The notes beneath the pieces were generated by a model. The model made no database searches. It was not told the DNA's origin and saw only the letters and a program-made list of their open reading frames with translations. A stretch of DNA of 64,000 nt from an uncultured Alphaproteobacteria bacterium. Its GTDB lineage: Bacteria > Pseudomonadota > Alphaproteobacteria > CAVTAV01. The position numbers were made by a program, and so were the translations under genes. Each line of letters begins with the position of its first letter. The stretch's first letter is position 1. The stretch covers positions 739,643 through 803,642 of the forward strand of contig CAWGFE010000002.1 in NCBI GenBank assembly GCA_963821875.1, written 5' to 3'. This document shows, piece by piece, positions 49,416 through 58,128 of this stretch.

Positions 49416-50126
49416 TTAAACAGCTTGGCGGCGGCCGAAGCCGGCGCCCGTCGCGGGAGCGCTGCGCGGCTTGATCGAATTCGACTGGAACACCGTGCGC
49501 CGGAAATTGCGCTCCAGACGGTCGCCGAGATAGGCCCAGAGCGTCTGGATTTCCTCGGCCGACTTGCAGCCCGGATCGAGTTCCATGACGGTGCGCCCGT
49601 CGATCATGCTGGCCGCGAAATCGGTGCGCTGGTGAATCGTCAGCGGCGCGACGGTGCCATGCTGCGACAGGGCGATCGCGGCGTCGGATGTAATCCGCGC
49701 GCGCATCGCGGCGCCGTTCACCACGAAAACGAGCGGCTTGCCGGCGCGCTCGACGAGTTCGACGGTAGCGCCGGCGGCGCGCAGGTCATGCGGGCTCGGC
49801 CGGGTGGGAATTACGATGAGTTCGGCGACGGCGATGACATTCTGGATCGCCATGGTAATGGCCGGCGGGGTGTCGATGACCGCCAGTTTGAAGCCGCGTG
49901 CGCGCAACTCCTCGATATCGGTCGCGAGCCGGGAAACCGTGGTGTGGGCGAAGGCCGGCGCCTGAGCGCGGCGCTCGTTCCACCAGTCGGAAAGGCTGCC
50001 CTGTGGATCGGTATCGATCAGGACCACCGGCCCCGCGCCGGCCAATTGGGCCTGAACGCCGATATGTCCTGCAAGCGTGGTCTTGCCCGAGCCGCCTTTT
50101 TGCGAGGCTACCGCCAATACACGCAT
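49416..50126 (-). CDS. ParA/MinD-superfamily deviant Walker A ATPase (small ParF-like type), orphan, not next to parB
   Basis: MRVLAVASQKGGSGKTTLAGHIG (KGGxGKT deviant Walker A), VLIDTDPQGS, ...AVIDTPPA..., 236 aa. Confidence 0.8.
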   Translation of the reverse strand: MRVLAVASQKGGSGKTTLAGHIGVQAQLAGAGPVVLIDTDPQGSLSDWWNERRAQAPAFAHTTVSRLATDIEELRARGFKLAVIDTPPAITMAIQNVIAVAELIVIPTRPSPHDLRAAGATVELVERAGKPLVFVVNGAAMRARITSDAAIALSQHGTVAPLTIHQRTDFAASMIDGRTVMELDPGCKSAEEIQTLWAYLGDRLERNFRRTVFQSNSIKPRSAPATGAGFGRRQAV

Positions 50127-50293
50127 CTAAACGAAATCCTTTCCGGTGGGCGTCTGGGCCAGTCGGGCCAATGGGCTCGTCGGGGCCCGTCGATGGCGTC
50201 GCACCCCCGCGGCGCGCCGATCCGGATCGATGGACCTTATTCCCCTCCATTCAATGCGAAACGTCTTAACATTCTGTAAAATGAAGCGGCTCT

Positions 50294-50447
50294 GCGGGGT
50301 CAGTTTCTCCTTTCTAACTTACCGATTTTATTAAATCTTTCGCGATATTCCGTGCTCCAGATTCGCGCCGGCGTCCCTGACGCGTCCGAGATGCCCGAGG
50401 CGTCTTGAAGTCCGTGGCAATTTGGGGATTCTCGGCGGGGTCAGTTT
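50294..50447. repeat. two copies of a 13-bp exact direct repeat (GCGGGGTCAGTTT; about 17 bp including flanks) 141 bp apart in the divergent parA-like / Sel1-SPOR intergenic region
   Basis: gctctGCGGGGTCAGTTTctcc at 50294-50306 and ttctcgGCGGGGTCAGTTTtgct at 50435-50447. The surrounding 50250-50340 stretch is unusually AT-rich. Confidence 0.4.
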
Positions 50448-50518
50448 TGCTACTATGGTTAAGACGAGGGAAAGCCGCGTGACGGTTCGGTTCCCCTGCC
50501 CTCGTTACGGAGAGGCCA

Positions 50519-51568
50519 ATGATAAAGACGGGCATTGCGGTGCTGGCCGCGGCGTGCTGGCTCGCGGCGGTTCCGGCCCTGGCGGATGTTCAGGCCGGCG
50601 TCGACGCATACAAAGCCGGTGATTACAAACGCGCGATCGATGAATGGATGCCCGCCGCGGCGAAGAACGATCCGGCCGCGCTGTTCAATCTCGGCCAGGT
50701 CTATCGCCTCGGCAAGGGCGTCAAACCCGACCTGCGAGTGGCTGAATCCTATTACAAGCGCGCCGCCGCGCTCGGCCATGTCATGGCCGAAGGGAACCTT
50801 GCCTCGCTTTATCTCGACCGCAACGGCTCGCTTTTCGACGCCAAGAAGGGCGTGGAATGGCTGAAAAAGGCGTCATATGGCGGCAATACCCTGTCGCGTT
50901 ACATGCTGGGCGTCGTCTATTTCAACGGCGACTTCGTGCCGACCGACTATGTCGAAGCCTATGCCTGGATCTCGCTCGCCGCCGCCAAGGGCTTTCCCGA
51001 CGCGGTGAAGGCGGAGCAGACAGTGGTCTCCCAGATGTCTGTGCAGCAAATCGCCCAGGCGAAGAAGCGCGCCGAGGTTATCGAGCAAAAGAGTGACGCT
51101 CTGGTGGCGAATGCGGCGGATCAAGCGTCGAAGCCATCCGCCAAACCGGCTGATGCCGTTAAGATCGCCGACGCCGATCCGGCATCTCCCGATAAGGCGA
51201 AGCCATGGGTCAATCCGGACGCCGCGCCGAAGCCCGAACGCGCCGCGCCCGCCGCCGCCCCGACGCCAACCCCGGAACCCGCACCGGCGACGACGGAGCG
51301 CCCGACTCCGTCACCGGCGGGCGACTACGGCATTCAGATCGCCGCGGTCCGGGACGAGAGCGGCGCGCGGTCGGCTTGGAAAAGTCTTGTCGCCGCCCAT
51401 CCGGACCTCCTCGGCGGACTGACCCTGAACATCGAACGGGCGGATCTTGGAGAGAAAGGCGTGTTCTACCGGATTCAGGCCGGATCGCTCGCCAGCCTCG
51501 ATGACGCGCGGTCGCTTTGCGCGAAGCTCAAGGCGCAGAACGTCGGCTGCCTGCCGGTTCGCCGTTAG
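50519..51568 (+). CDS. secreted Sel1-repeat protein with C-terminal SPOR domain
   Basis: Signal peptide MIKTGIAVLAAACWLAAVPALA. Sel1 repeats (AALFNLGQVYRLGKGVKPD..., LGHVMAEGNLASLYL..., YMLGVVYFNGDFVPTDYVEAYAWISLAAAKG). Pro/Ala-rich linker, then SPOR domain (DYGIQIAAVRDESGARSAWKSLVAAHPDLL...VFYRIQAGSLASLDDARSLCAKLK). Confidence 0.7.
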   Translation: MIKTGIAVLAAACWLAAVPALADVQAGVDAYKAGDYKRAIDEWMPAAAKNDPAALFNLGQVYRLGKGVKPDLRVAESYYKRAAALGHVMAEGNLASLYLDRNGSLFDAKKGVEWLKKASYGGNTLSRYMLGVVYFNGDFVPTDYVEAYAWISLAAAKGFPDAVKAEQTVVSQMSVQQIAQAKKRAEVIEQKSDALVANAADQASKPSAKPADAVKIADADPASPDKAKPWVNPDAAPKPERAAPAAAPTPTPEPAPATTERPTPSPAGDYGIQIAAVRDESGARSAWKSLVAAHPDLLGGLTLNIERADLGEKGVFYRIQAGSLASLDDARSLCAKLKAQNVGCLPVRR

Positions 51569-53613
51569 CGTTTCTTCGGTAATCTGATCGGCGCCGTCGC
51601 GGCGCGCAGCCAGCGGGCGGTTTCGCGGTCGAGCAATGGCGCGAGACGCTTCTTGACGTCGGCGTGATAGGCATTGAGCCAGGCCAATTCGTCCGCGCTC
51701 AGCAGCGTCGGCTCGATCAGGTTGCGGTCGATCGGCGCGAGCGTGATGGTCTCGAAGCCGAGCATTTCTCGTTCGGCGTTCGTCGTTTTGACCGGCGGCG
51801 TCACGACAACGAGGTTTTCGATCCGGATGCCGTAAGCGCCGGTCTTGTAGTAGCCGGGCTCGTTGGAAACGATCATGCCCGGCGTCAGCGCGGCCGTGTC
51901 CGCGCGTTTGCTGATGCCTTGCGGGCCTTCGTGAACGCAGAGATAACTTCCCACCCCGTGGCCGGTGCCGTGGTCGTAGTCGAGCCCCGCTTGCCAAAGG
52001 AATTGGCGGGCGAAGGCGTCGAGTTGCGCGCCGGTCGTGCCGGCCGGAAAACGCGCCGAGGCGATGGCGATATGGCCTTTGAGCACGCGCGTGAAGCGGT
52101 CGCGCTCTTCAGCACCGGCCTTGCCGATGGCGACGGTGCGGGTGACGTCGGTCGTGCCGTCGGCATATTGTCCGCCGGAATCCACGAGATAGAGCATGCC
52201 CGGCTTGATCTTGCGGTTGGACCTCGGTGTGGCGCGGTAGTGCACGATGGCGCCGTTCGGTCCCGCGCCCGTAATGGTCGGGAAGGAGAGATCGCGGAAC
52301 AGGCTGTCTTCGGCGCGAAACGCTTCGAGCTGCGCCGCCGCACCCAATTCGTCGATCTTGCCGGTCGGACCGTGGCGATCGAGCCAGGCGAGAAAACGCG
52401 TGAGCGCCGCGCCGTCCCGCTCATGGGCGGCGCGCATGCCGGCCACCTCGACATCGTTCTTGCACGCTTTCGGCATCAGGCAGGGGTCTTCCCCGCGCAT
52501 GACCTTGATGCCGGCCTTGTCGAGCTGCTGAATGACCCAGTAGGGCGCCTTGGCCGGATCGACCAGAATGCCGCCCGACGATTTTTTGTAGCGCGGCAGG
52601 CTGTCGGCGAGAGCGAAGACGGGGTGCATTCTGGTTTTCGCGCCGAGCCGCTTCGACGCGCCGTTGACCAGCTTGCGGGAGTCGACGAACCAGTCGATCG
52701 CGCCGTCGGCATCGATGACGGCGAAGGAATTCGGCAACGGCGTGTGCGGTGCGTCGCTGCCCCGCACATTCAACAGCCAGGCGATCGAGTCCGGCGAGCT
52801 CAACACGGCGGCGGCGAGCCCGCGTTCGCGCAGGCTCCTGGCGATCCGCGTGCGTTTATGCGCCGGCGTCTCGCCAGCATATTTCGTCTCCTGCACGACG
52901 ATACGGCCCAAGGGCGGCGGCGGCTGGTCGTCCCAGATCTCGTCGATCGGATTACGCTCGACCGGGATGAGTTTGGCGCCGCGTTTCTCGCAAACCTGCT
53001 TCAGCGCCGCGACCTGCCGGTCGGTGTGAAGCCAGGGGTCGTAGCCGAGCCGCGCGCCTTTCGGCAGGTTCTCCGAGAGCCAGCCGCCGGGCAGCCGATC
53101 GGCGATATGGATTGGCTTGAACAGCCTGGAATCGACCTGCTTCTTGACCTGCAGCACATAGCGGCCGTCGACGAAGATCGCCGCCTTGGTCGCCAAAACG
53201 ATCGCCTGGCCCGCCGAGCCGGCGAATCCCGTCAGCCAGGCCAGCCTTGCGGCGTGCCAGGAGACATATTCGCTCTGATGCTCGTCGGCGAGCGGCACGA
53301 TAAAGCCGTCGAGTTTGCGCGCCTTCATGACTTTCCGCAGTGCGGCGAGGCGCTTGGCGCGGTCGCCCGGCTCTAGCGCCTTGGCGAAGCCCGCTGCGAT
53401 GCTGGTGATGGCGCTGCGCAGTTTGTCGGCCAGTGGCCCGCCGTCAAGTTTCGGGGACAGGACGTCGAGAGGGACCGGCCGGGCGGCGGGCATCGCGGCG
53501 GCGGCGATGCCATAGATCCGCGCCTTGATCTCCGTCGCCGGAAGGTCGAGCCCGGCCGCTTCCAATTCGCTTACAAGGCCGGCGATCCGGCGGTCCACAC
53601 TCGCTGTCGTCAT
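51565..53613 (-). CDS. pepP: Xaa-Pro aminopeptidase (aminopeptidase P, M24B family, long form); start uncertain (53613, 53493 or 53328)
   Basis: Creatinase_N plus M24 metal-binding residues (...VDSGGQYADGTTDVTRT..., HGTGHGVGSYLCVHE, ...NEPGYY..., ...IENLV...). AAGGGA RBS before the ATG at 53613. Confidence 0.8.
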   Translation of the reverse strand: MTTASVDRRIAGLVSELEAAGLDLPATEIKARIYGIAAAAMPAARPVPLDVLSPKLDGGPLADKLRSAITSIAAGFAKALEPGDRAKRLAALRKVMKARKLDGFIVPLADEHQSEYVSWHAARLAWLTGFAGSAGQAIVLATKAAIFVDGRYVLQVKKQVDSRLFKPIHIADRLPGGWLSENLPKGARLGYDPWLHTDRQVAALKQVCEKRGAKLIPVERNPIDEIWDDQPPPPLGRIVVQETKYAGETPAHKRTRIARSLRERGLAAAVLSSPDSIAWLLNVRGSDAPHTPLPNSFAVIDADGAIDWFVDSRKLVNGASKRLGAKTRMHPVFALADSLPRYKKSSGGILVDPAKAPYWVIQQLDKAGIKVMRGEDPCLMPKACKNDVEVAGMRAAHERDGAALTRFLAWLDRHGPTGKIDELGAAAQLEAFRAEDSLFRDLSFPTITGAGPNGAIVHYRATPRSNRKIKPGMLYLVDSGGQYADGTTDVTRTVAIGKAGAEERDRFTRVLKGHIAIASARFPAGTTGAQLDAFARQFLWQAGLDYDHGTGHGVGSYLCVHEGPQGISKRADTAALTPGMIVSNEPGYYKTGAYGIRIENLVVVTPPVKTTNAEREMLGFETITLAPIDRNLIEPTLLSADELAWLNAYHADVKKRLAPLLDRETARWLRAATAPIRLPKKR

Positions 53614-53796
53614 CTCGATTCCCTTATCGGCGACCGTAAAGCCGTTCATCGCACAGTGTACGGGTTTGGGCACAATGTAAGGGGTTGGGGGGTGTCGGCA
53701 AGCGGGAATCGGGCCTGGATGGGGAAACGACGGCCGCTTTAGGGGCCGCCGCCGGAGACATCGGGGGGATGCGTCTCTTTCAGAAGACCGTCGGCT

Positions 53797-54633
53797 TTAC
53801 CGCGCGTCGACGGCGTTCGGCAGCGCCGGCATGTCGAGCCGGACCGGAATCTGGCCTTGGCGGGGCCGATGCAAATCCTTGGAAAGCGCCGGCGCGGAGA
53901 ATTGCTCGAGGCCCGCGACGCCGGATGACAGTGGCGCGAGGGCGCGTCCGGCATCGGTGACATCGTCATTTGCGATGTCGTTGCTGGCGACGGCGCCGTC
54001 TTGTGCGTCTTCCGCCTCGGCGATGCGGTTTTCCAGATCCTGCCGCGCTTCGAGCAGGCGAACGCGCGTCGGACGCTGCTCTTCGCGCAGAGCCAGCCGC
54101 TGTTCGCGCAATGCGTCACGTTGCGCTTTCTGGCGATCGAGCAGGGTCAGCAATGCGTCCTTCATATGTTCGCGGATCGGCCGCTGGCGATCTTTGAGCG
54201 TTTGCAGCGCCGCCCGCATGCCGGCGCGGTCGGCCTCGCTGGCGTCGGGATGGAGGTGGAGATAGGCCGCCTGCTCGCCGCGCAGCGCCTGAAGCTGGGA
54301 CGCAAGCGCGTCTCTCGTATCCCGCTGCGACTTAAGCAGGGCGTGAACCTCGCCGTTGAGGCGGTCGAGGGTCGGCTGCTGGCGCTCTCTAAGCGTCTTG
54401 TCCTCGGCTCTGAGCGCTTCGAGCGACGGCGCCTGGGCCTGGATCAGATCCATGAGCTGGGATTGGAGCGCGTCCACCGAGACTTGGTCGGAGGACGGCG
54501 TCCGCACGACATATTCGGTGTAACGTCCGCTGCCGGATGACGACGGCGTGTCGCCGGCAAGGGCGGTTAACGGGGCGACGATCAGGCAGAGGCTGACGCC
54601 CAGAAAGGCGGATCGACACATACTCGCCGACAT
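53797..54633 (-). CDS. secreted coiled-coil protein of unknown function
   Basis: Signal peptide MSASMCRSAFLGVSLCLIVAPLTALAG, then an Arg/Glu/Gln-rich heptad-like region (LREQRLALREEQRPTRVRLLEARQDLENRIAEAE). Confidence 0.5.
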   Translation of the reverse strand: MSASMCRSAFLGVSLCLIVAPLTALAGDTPSSSGSGRYTEYVVRTPSSDQVSVDALQSQLMDLIQAQAPSLEALRAEDKTLRERQQPTLDRLNGEVHALLKSQRDTRDALASQLQALRGEQAAYLHLHPDASEADRAGMRAALQTLKDRQRPIREHMKDALLTLLDRQKAQRDALREQRLALREEQRPTRVRLLEARQDLENRIAEAEDAQDGAVASNDIANDDVTDAGRALAPLSSGVAGLEQFSAPALSKDLHRPRQGQIPVRLDMPALPNAVDAR

Positions 54634-54811
54634 AACAGAACCCCTCGTAACAAATCGGTCCGGGCGCGCCGCTTCCGGCATTCACCGGGCCTGCGAGTGA
54701 CGCTCTCCGTGCGGTACGACGAAATTCTGTCTGTCGATTATTTATGTGGGATTTTTTCCCACGTTCAGATAAGATACGGAAAATGCTCCTCCAAAGTCAA
54801 GAAAATTCGCC

Positions 54812-55699
54812 ATGACGCGTGCGTCGCCACAGGAAAACCCGATCCAGCCTCCCGGCCCCCTGATCGCGGCCTTGCGCGTGCTGTTCCGGCCTCTGGTCCG
54901 AACCCTGATCGCACAGGGTGTCGCCTTTCCCTATCTCGCGGCGCTGCTCAAAAGCATTTACGTCGACGTAGCCGAGGCCGAGTTTTCCGAGGATGGCAAA
55001 CGCGCCACCGATAGCCGGATCAGCCTGATGACGGGGGTGCACCGCAAGGACGTCCGGCGTCTGCGGACCGCTCCCGAGAATGGCGAGCAGACGCCGCCCG
55101 TCGTCGGCTTAGGCGGACAGCTCGTGCTGCTCTGGACCGGCAACAGGGCCTATCTGGACCAGATGGGCCGGCCGCTGCCTTTGCCGCGCAGCGCGGAAAT
55201 CTGCGGCGCGCCGAGCTTTGATCGTCTGGTCGAAAGTGTCAGCACGGATGTGCGCCCGCGCGCCGTGCTGGACGAATGGCTGCGGCTCGGCATCGCGCGG
55301 CTCGATGGCGCCGGCCGGGTCTGCCTGAATTACGATGCCTTCGTGCCGGAAAAGGGCTTCGAGGAGAAAGCCTATTTCTTCGGCCGCAATCTCCGCGACC
55401 ACATCGCGGCGGCCAGTGAAAATCTCTCCGGCCGTGTTCCGCCCTTTCTGGAACGGACCGTTTTCTACGATCACTTGAGCGCCGGCTCGAGCGAGGCGCT
55501 CGCCGAGACGGCGCGAAAGATCGGCATGGATGCGCTGCTGGCGATAAATCGCGAGGCTTTGGCGCGCTCGGATGTCGACGAAGCCAAACCGGAGTCGCGT
55601 CACCGCATGACCTTCGGCGTCTATTTCTACAGCGCCGAAGAGGACGAGCGCGGCGGCGCGCTGGAGCCGGGTGACGATCTCAGTGCGAGCGAAACGTGA
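54812..55699 (+). CDS. hypothetical protein (possible HTH-containing regulator)
   Basis: 295 aa, coding-like composition with no clear family assignment. The segment RISLMTGVHRKDVRRLR is HTH-like. Confidence 0.45.
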   Translation: MTRASPQENPIQPPGPLIAALRVLFRPLVRTLIAQGVAFPYLAALLKSIYVDVAEAEFSEDGKRATDSRISLMTGVHRKDVRRLRTAPENGEQTPPVVGLGGQLVLLWTGNRAYLDQMGRPLPLPRSAEICGAPSFDRLVESVSTDVRPRAVLDEWLRLGIARLDGAGRVCLNYDAFVPEKGFEEKAYFFGRNLRDHIAAASENLSGRVPPFLERTVFYDHLSAGSSEALAETARKIGMDALLAINREALARSDVDEAKPESRHRMTFGVYFYSAEEDERGGALEPGDDLSASET

Positions 55700-56465
55700 T
55701 CTGCATGCCGCCTGCGGCGCCGGGGCTGCCGTCGGAGAGGCCGGCGATACCGTATAGATCGAGCGACCATTTCGGGCCCACCGCGATCGTTACGTAACCG
55801 AAAAGCTCCTGAGGATCGGCGCTGAGATCGGACGCGGACTGGCGATAGTCGAAGGACAGTCCGGCGCCGACTTTCCGGCTGATCCGGTATTGCAGGCCGA
55901 CCGAACCGTTCCAGGCATTGTGAAGGCGATAGGCGGCGGGCCGGCCGATCACCCGGTAGGCGATCGTCGCGAAGGGCGTGATCCTCCCCCAGGTCTGCGT
56001 GACGTCGATCTGGCCCGTAAAATCGGTCTTGCCCGTCCCGAGGCCCTTGGCGGCGCTGGCGGTCGGCAGTTTCACCTTGCCCGTGAGATCGATCGAAAGC
56101 CCGCGATCCCAGAATTTGTCGATGCTGTAGGTGAGGCCCAGCAGCACGTCTCCCGGGCCCTCGCGCGAGACATCGCCGACGGGGTTGATATTGGCGACGA
56201 ATGTCTGCCCCGTTCCGCCGCCTACGACATTCGCCGGGCCGCGGATATGGATATAGGCGCTGGTGGCGCGCAGCGTCCAAAGCCCGGTCTCGTATTTCAC
56301 CGTCAGCGGGAAATAGAGAATGTCGGTGTTCGATGTCTCGCCGTATTTGCCCGAACTGTAATCGAAACCACTGAACACCTCGACGGAATGCCAATCATCG
56401 GCCAGAGCCGGACCTGTGGTCAGGAACGCCGCCGCGAGCCCGGCCGCGAAAAAGAGTTTGTTCAT
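55680..56465 (-). CDS. outer-membrane beta-barrel protein (MetA-pathway/transporter-like OMP family)
   Basis: Signal peptide MNKLFFAAGLAAAFLTTGPALA, alternating amphipathic beta-strand pattern throughout, 261 aa. Confidence 0.55.
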   Translation of the reverse strand: MNKLFFAAGLAAAFLTTGPALADDWHSVEVFSGFDYSSGKYGETSNTDILYFPLTVKYETGLWTLRATSAYIHIRGPANVVGGGTGQTFVANINPVGDVSREGPGDVLLGLTYSIDKFWDRGLSIDLTGKVKLPTASAAKGLGTGKTDFTGQIDVTQTWGRITPFATIAYRVIGRPAAYRLHNAWNGSVGLQYRISRKVGAGLSFDYRQSASDLSADPQELFGYVTIAVGPKWSLDLYGIAGLSDGSPGAAGGMQITFRSH

Positions 56466-56471
56466 GGAAGG

Positions 56472-56891
56472 TCAGGCGGGCGGTAGGAGGAACTCGGTCA
56501 TGCGCTCCCTGACGGCGTCCGGGATCGGAACCGATTTCTTCTGGTCCAGTTCGACGAAGGCGTGAACGGCTTTCATCTTCAGGCGCACTTCGTCGCCGAG
56601 CCGTCCTTCGTAGTTCAGCGTGAAGGAGGAGTTGCCGATCTTCTCGACCGAAAGCCGGAATTCGACGATGTCGTTCAGGAAACTCGGGCGAATGAAGTCG
56701 GCTTCGATGTGAAGCAGGGGAATGCCAACCCGGTCCTTTTCGTTGAGCAGGCCGAAATCATGCTCCAGGCCGTCGCGGAACCAGTCCTCCAGAACCGAAT
56801 TGATGATCTCGAAATAACGCGCATAGAACACGATCCCCGCCGGATCGACATGGGCGAAACGGATGCGGACGTGATCGATGAAAGCGGGCAT
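56472..56891 (-). CDS. acyl-CoA thioesterase, 4HBT/YbgC-like hotdog fold
   Basis: MPAFIDHVRIRFAHVDPAGIVFYARYFEIINSVLEDWF matches the YbgC/FadM family N-terminus. Confidence 0.7.
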   Translation of the reverse strand: MPAFIDHVRIRFAHVDPAGIVFYARYFEIINSVLEDWFRDGLEHDFGLLNEKDRVGIPLLHIEADFIRPSFLNDIVEFRLSVEKIGNSSFTLNYEGRLGDEVRLKMKAVHAFVELDQKKSVPIPDAVRERMTEFLLPPA

Positions 56892-57037
56892 GGACGAGCG
56901 GCTCCTGTCAGCATGGCGGGAGCCAGAGGGTAGCGCGTCGGCGGATGGCAAGAAAGACGTCCGGCGCTGATGCTCTGTCCTTCGGCGGGCTCAGAGCCGG
57001 CCTGTCGAAGCCCGAGCCGCCGCGCCCTGGCTAAAAT

Positions 57038-58087
57038 TCAGTGCGAAGCCGCCGTTTCCGTCTGGCGGCGGGTTTCCATCATGCGGTCGAACTTGGTCCA
57101 GGCGCTTTCTTCGCCGTGCCAGGAGCCGCGGGTGGCGGCCTTGGAATATTCGGTCGCGCGAGCCTCGAAGAAATTCGCGTGCTCGACGCCGTTCAGGATT
57201 TCGGTCAGCCACGGCAGCGGATGGGTCTTCACATCGTAGATCGTCGGCAGTTCGAGCTGGTTCAGCCGCCAGTCGGCGACATAACGGATGTAGTTCTTGA
57301 TGTCGTCCGGCGTCATGCCCTCGACGGGGCCGAGGCCGAAAGCAAGATCGATGAACTTGTCCTCCAGGCCGACGACCGTCTTGCAGCAATCGATGATGTC
57401 GTCCTTGACAGACTGGCTGAGCGCACCGGTCTCCTTGGCGAAAGTGTGGAACAGCTTGATCATGCCTTCGCAGTGCATGCTCTCGTCGCGCACCGACCAG
57501 GACACGATCTGACCCATGCCCTTCATCTTGTTGTGGCGCGGGAAATTCAGGAGCATCGCGAAGCTCGCGAATAGCTGCAGGCCTTCCGTGAAGCCGCCGA
57601 ACATGGCGAGCGTGCGCAGGATATCGGCGTGAGAATCGACGCCGAATTCCTGCATATAGGAATGCTTGTCCGCCATTTCCTTGTATTCGAGGAAGGCGAC
57701 GAATTCGGAATCCGGCATGCCGATGGTCTCGAGCAGAAGCGCATAGGCGGCGATATGGATTGTCTCGATATTCGAGAACGCCGCCAGCATCATCTTCACT
57801 TCGGTGGGTTTGAAGACGCGGGCATAGCGCTCCATGTAGTTGTCGTTCACCTCGACATCGGACTGGGTGAAGAAGCGGAAGATCTGGGTGAGCAGATTGC
57901 GCTCGGAATCGCTCAGGCGTCCCGCCCAGTCCTTGCAGTCATCGCCCAGCGGCACCTCTTCCGGCAGCCAGTGCACCTGCTGCTGGCGTTTCCAGAGGTC
58001 ATAGGCCCAGGGATAGCGGAACGGCTTGTAGCTGTGCCGCGGCGTGAGAAGGCCGATGGTTCCGGGAGGGTCGATGAGGGCGTTCAT
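57038..58087 (-). CDS. nrdB: class I ribonucleotide reductase beta (R2) subunit
   Basis: Di-iron ligands and tyrosyl radical region (EVNDNYMERY..., ...ETIHIAAYALL..., SVRDESMHCEGM), 349 aa. Confidence 0.9.
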   Translation of the reverse strand: MNALIDPPGTIGLLTPRHSYKPFRYPWAYDLWKRQQQVHWLPEEVPLGDDCKDWAGRLSDSERNLLTQIFRFFTQSDVEVNDNYMERYARVFKPTEVKMMLAAFSNIETIHIAAYALLLETIGMPDSEFVAFLEYKEMADKHSYMQEFGVDSHADILRTLAMFGGFTEGLQLFASFAMLLNFPRHNKMKGMGQIVSWSVRDESMHCEGMIKLFHTFAKETGALSQSVKDDIIDCCKTVVGLEDKFIDLAFGLGPVEGMTPDDIKNYIRYVADWRLNQLELPTIYDVKTHPLPWLTEILNGVEHANFFEARATEYSKAATRGSWHGEESAWTKFDRMMETRRQTETAASH

Positions 58088-58128
58088 GAGTCTCTCTGAG
58101 GCTGGAGCGGCGGCTTACTGGCAGGCCC

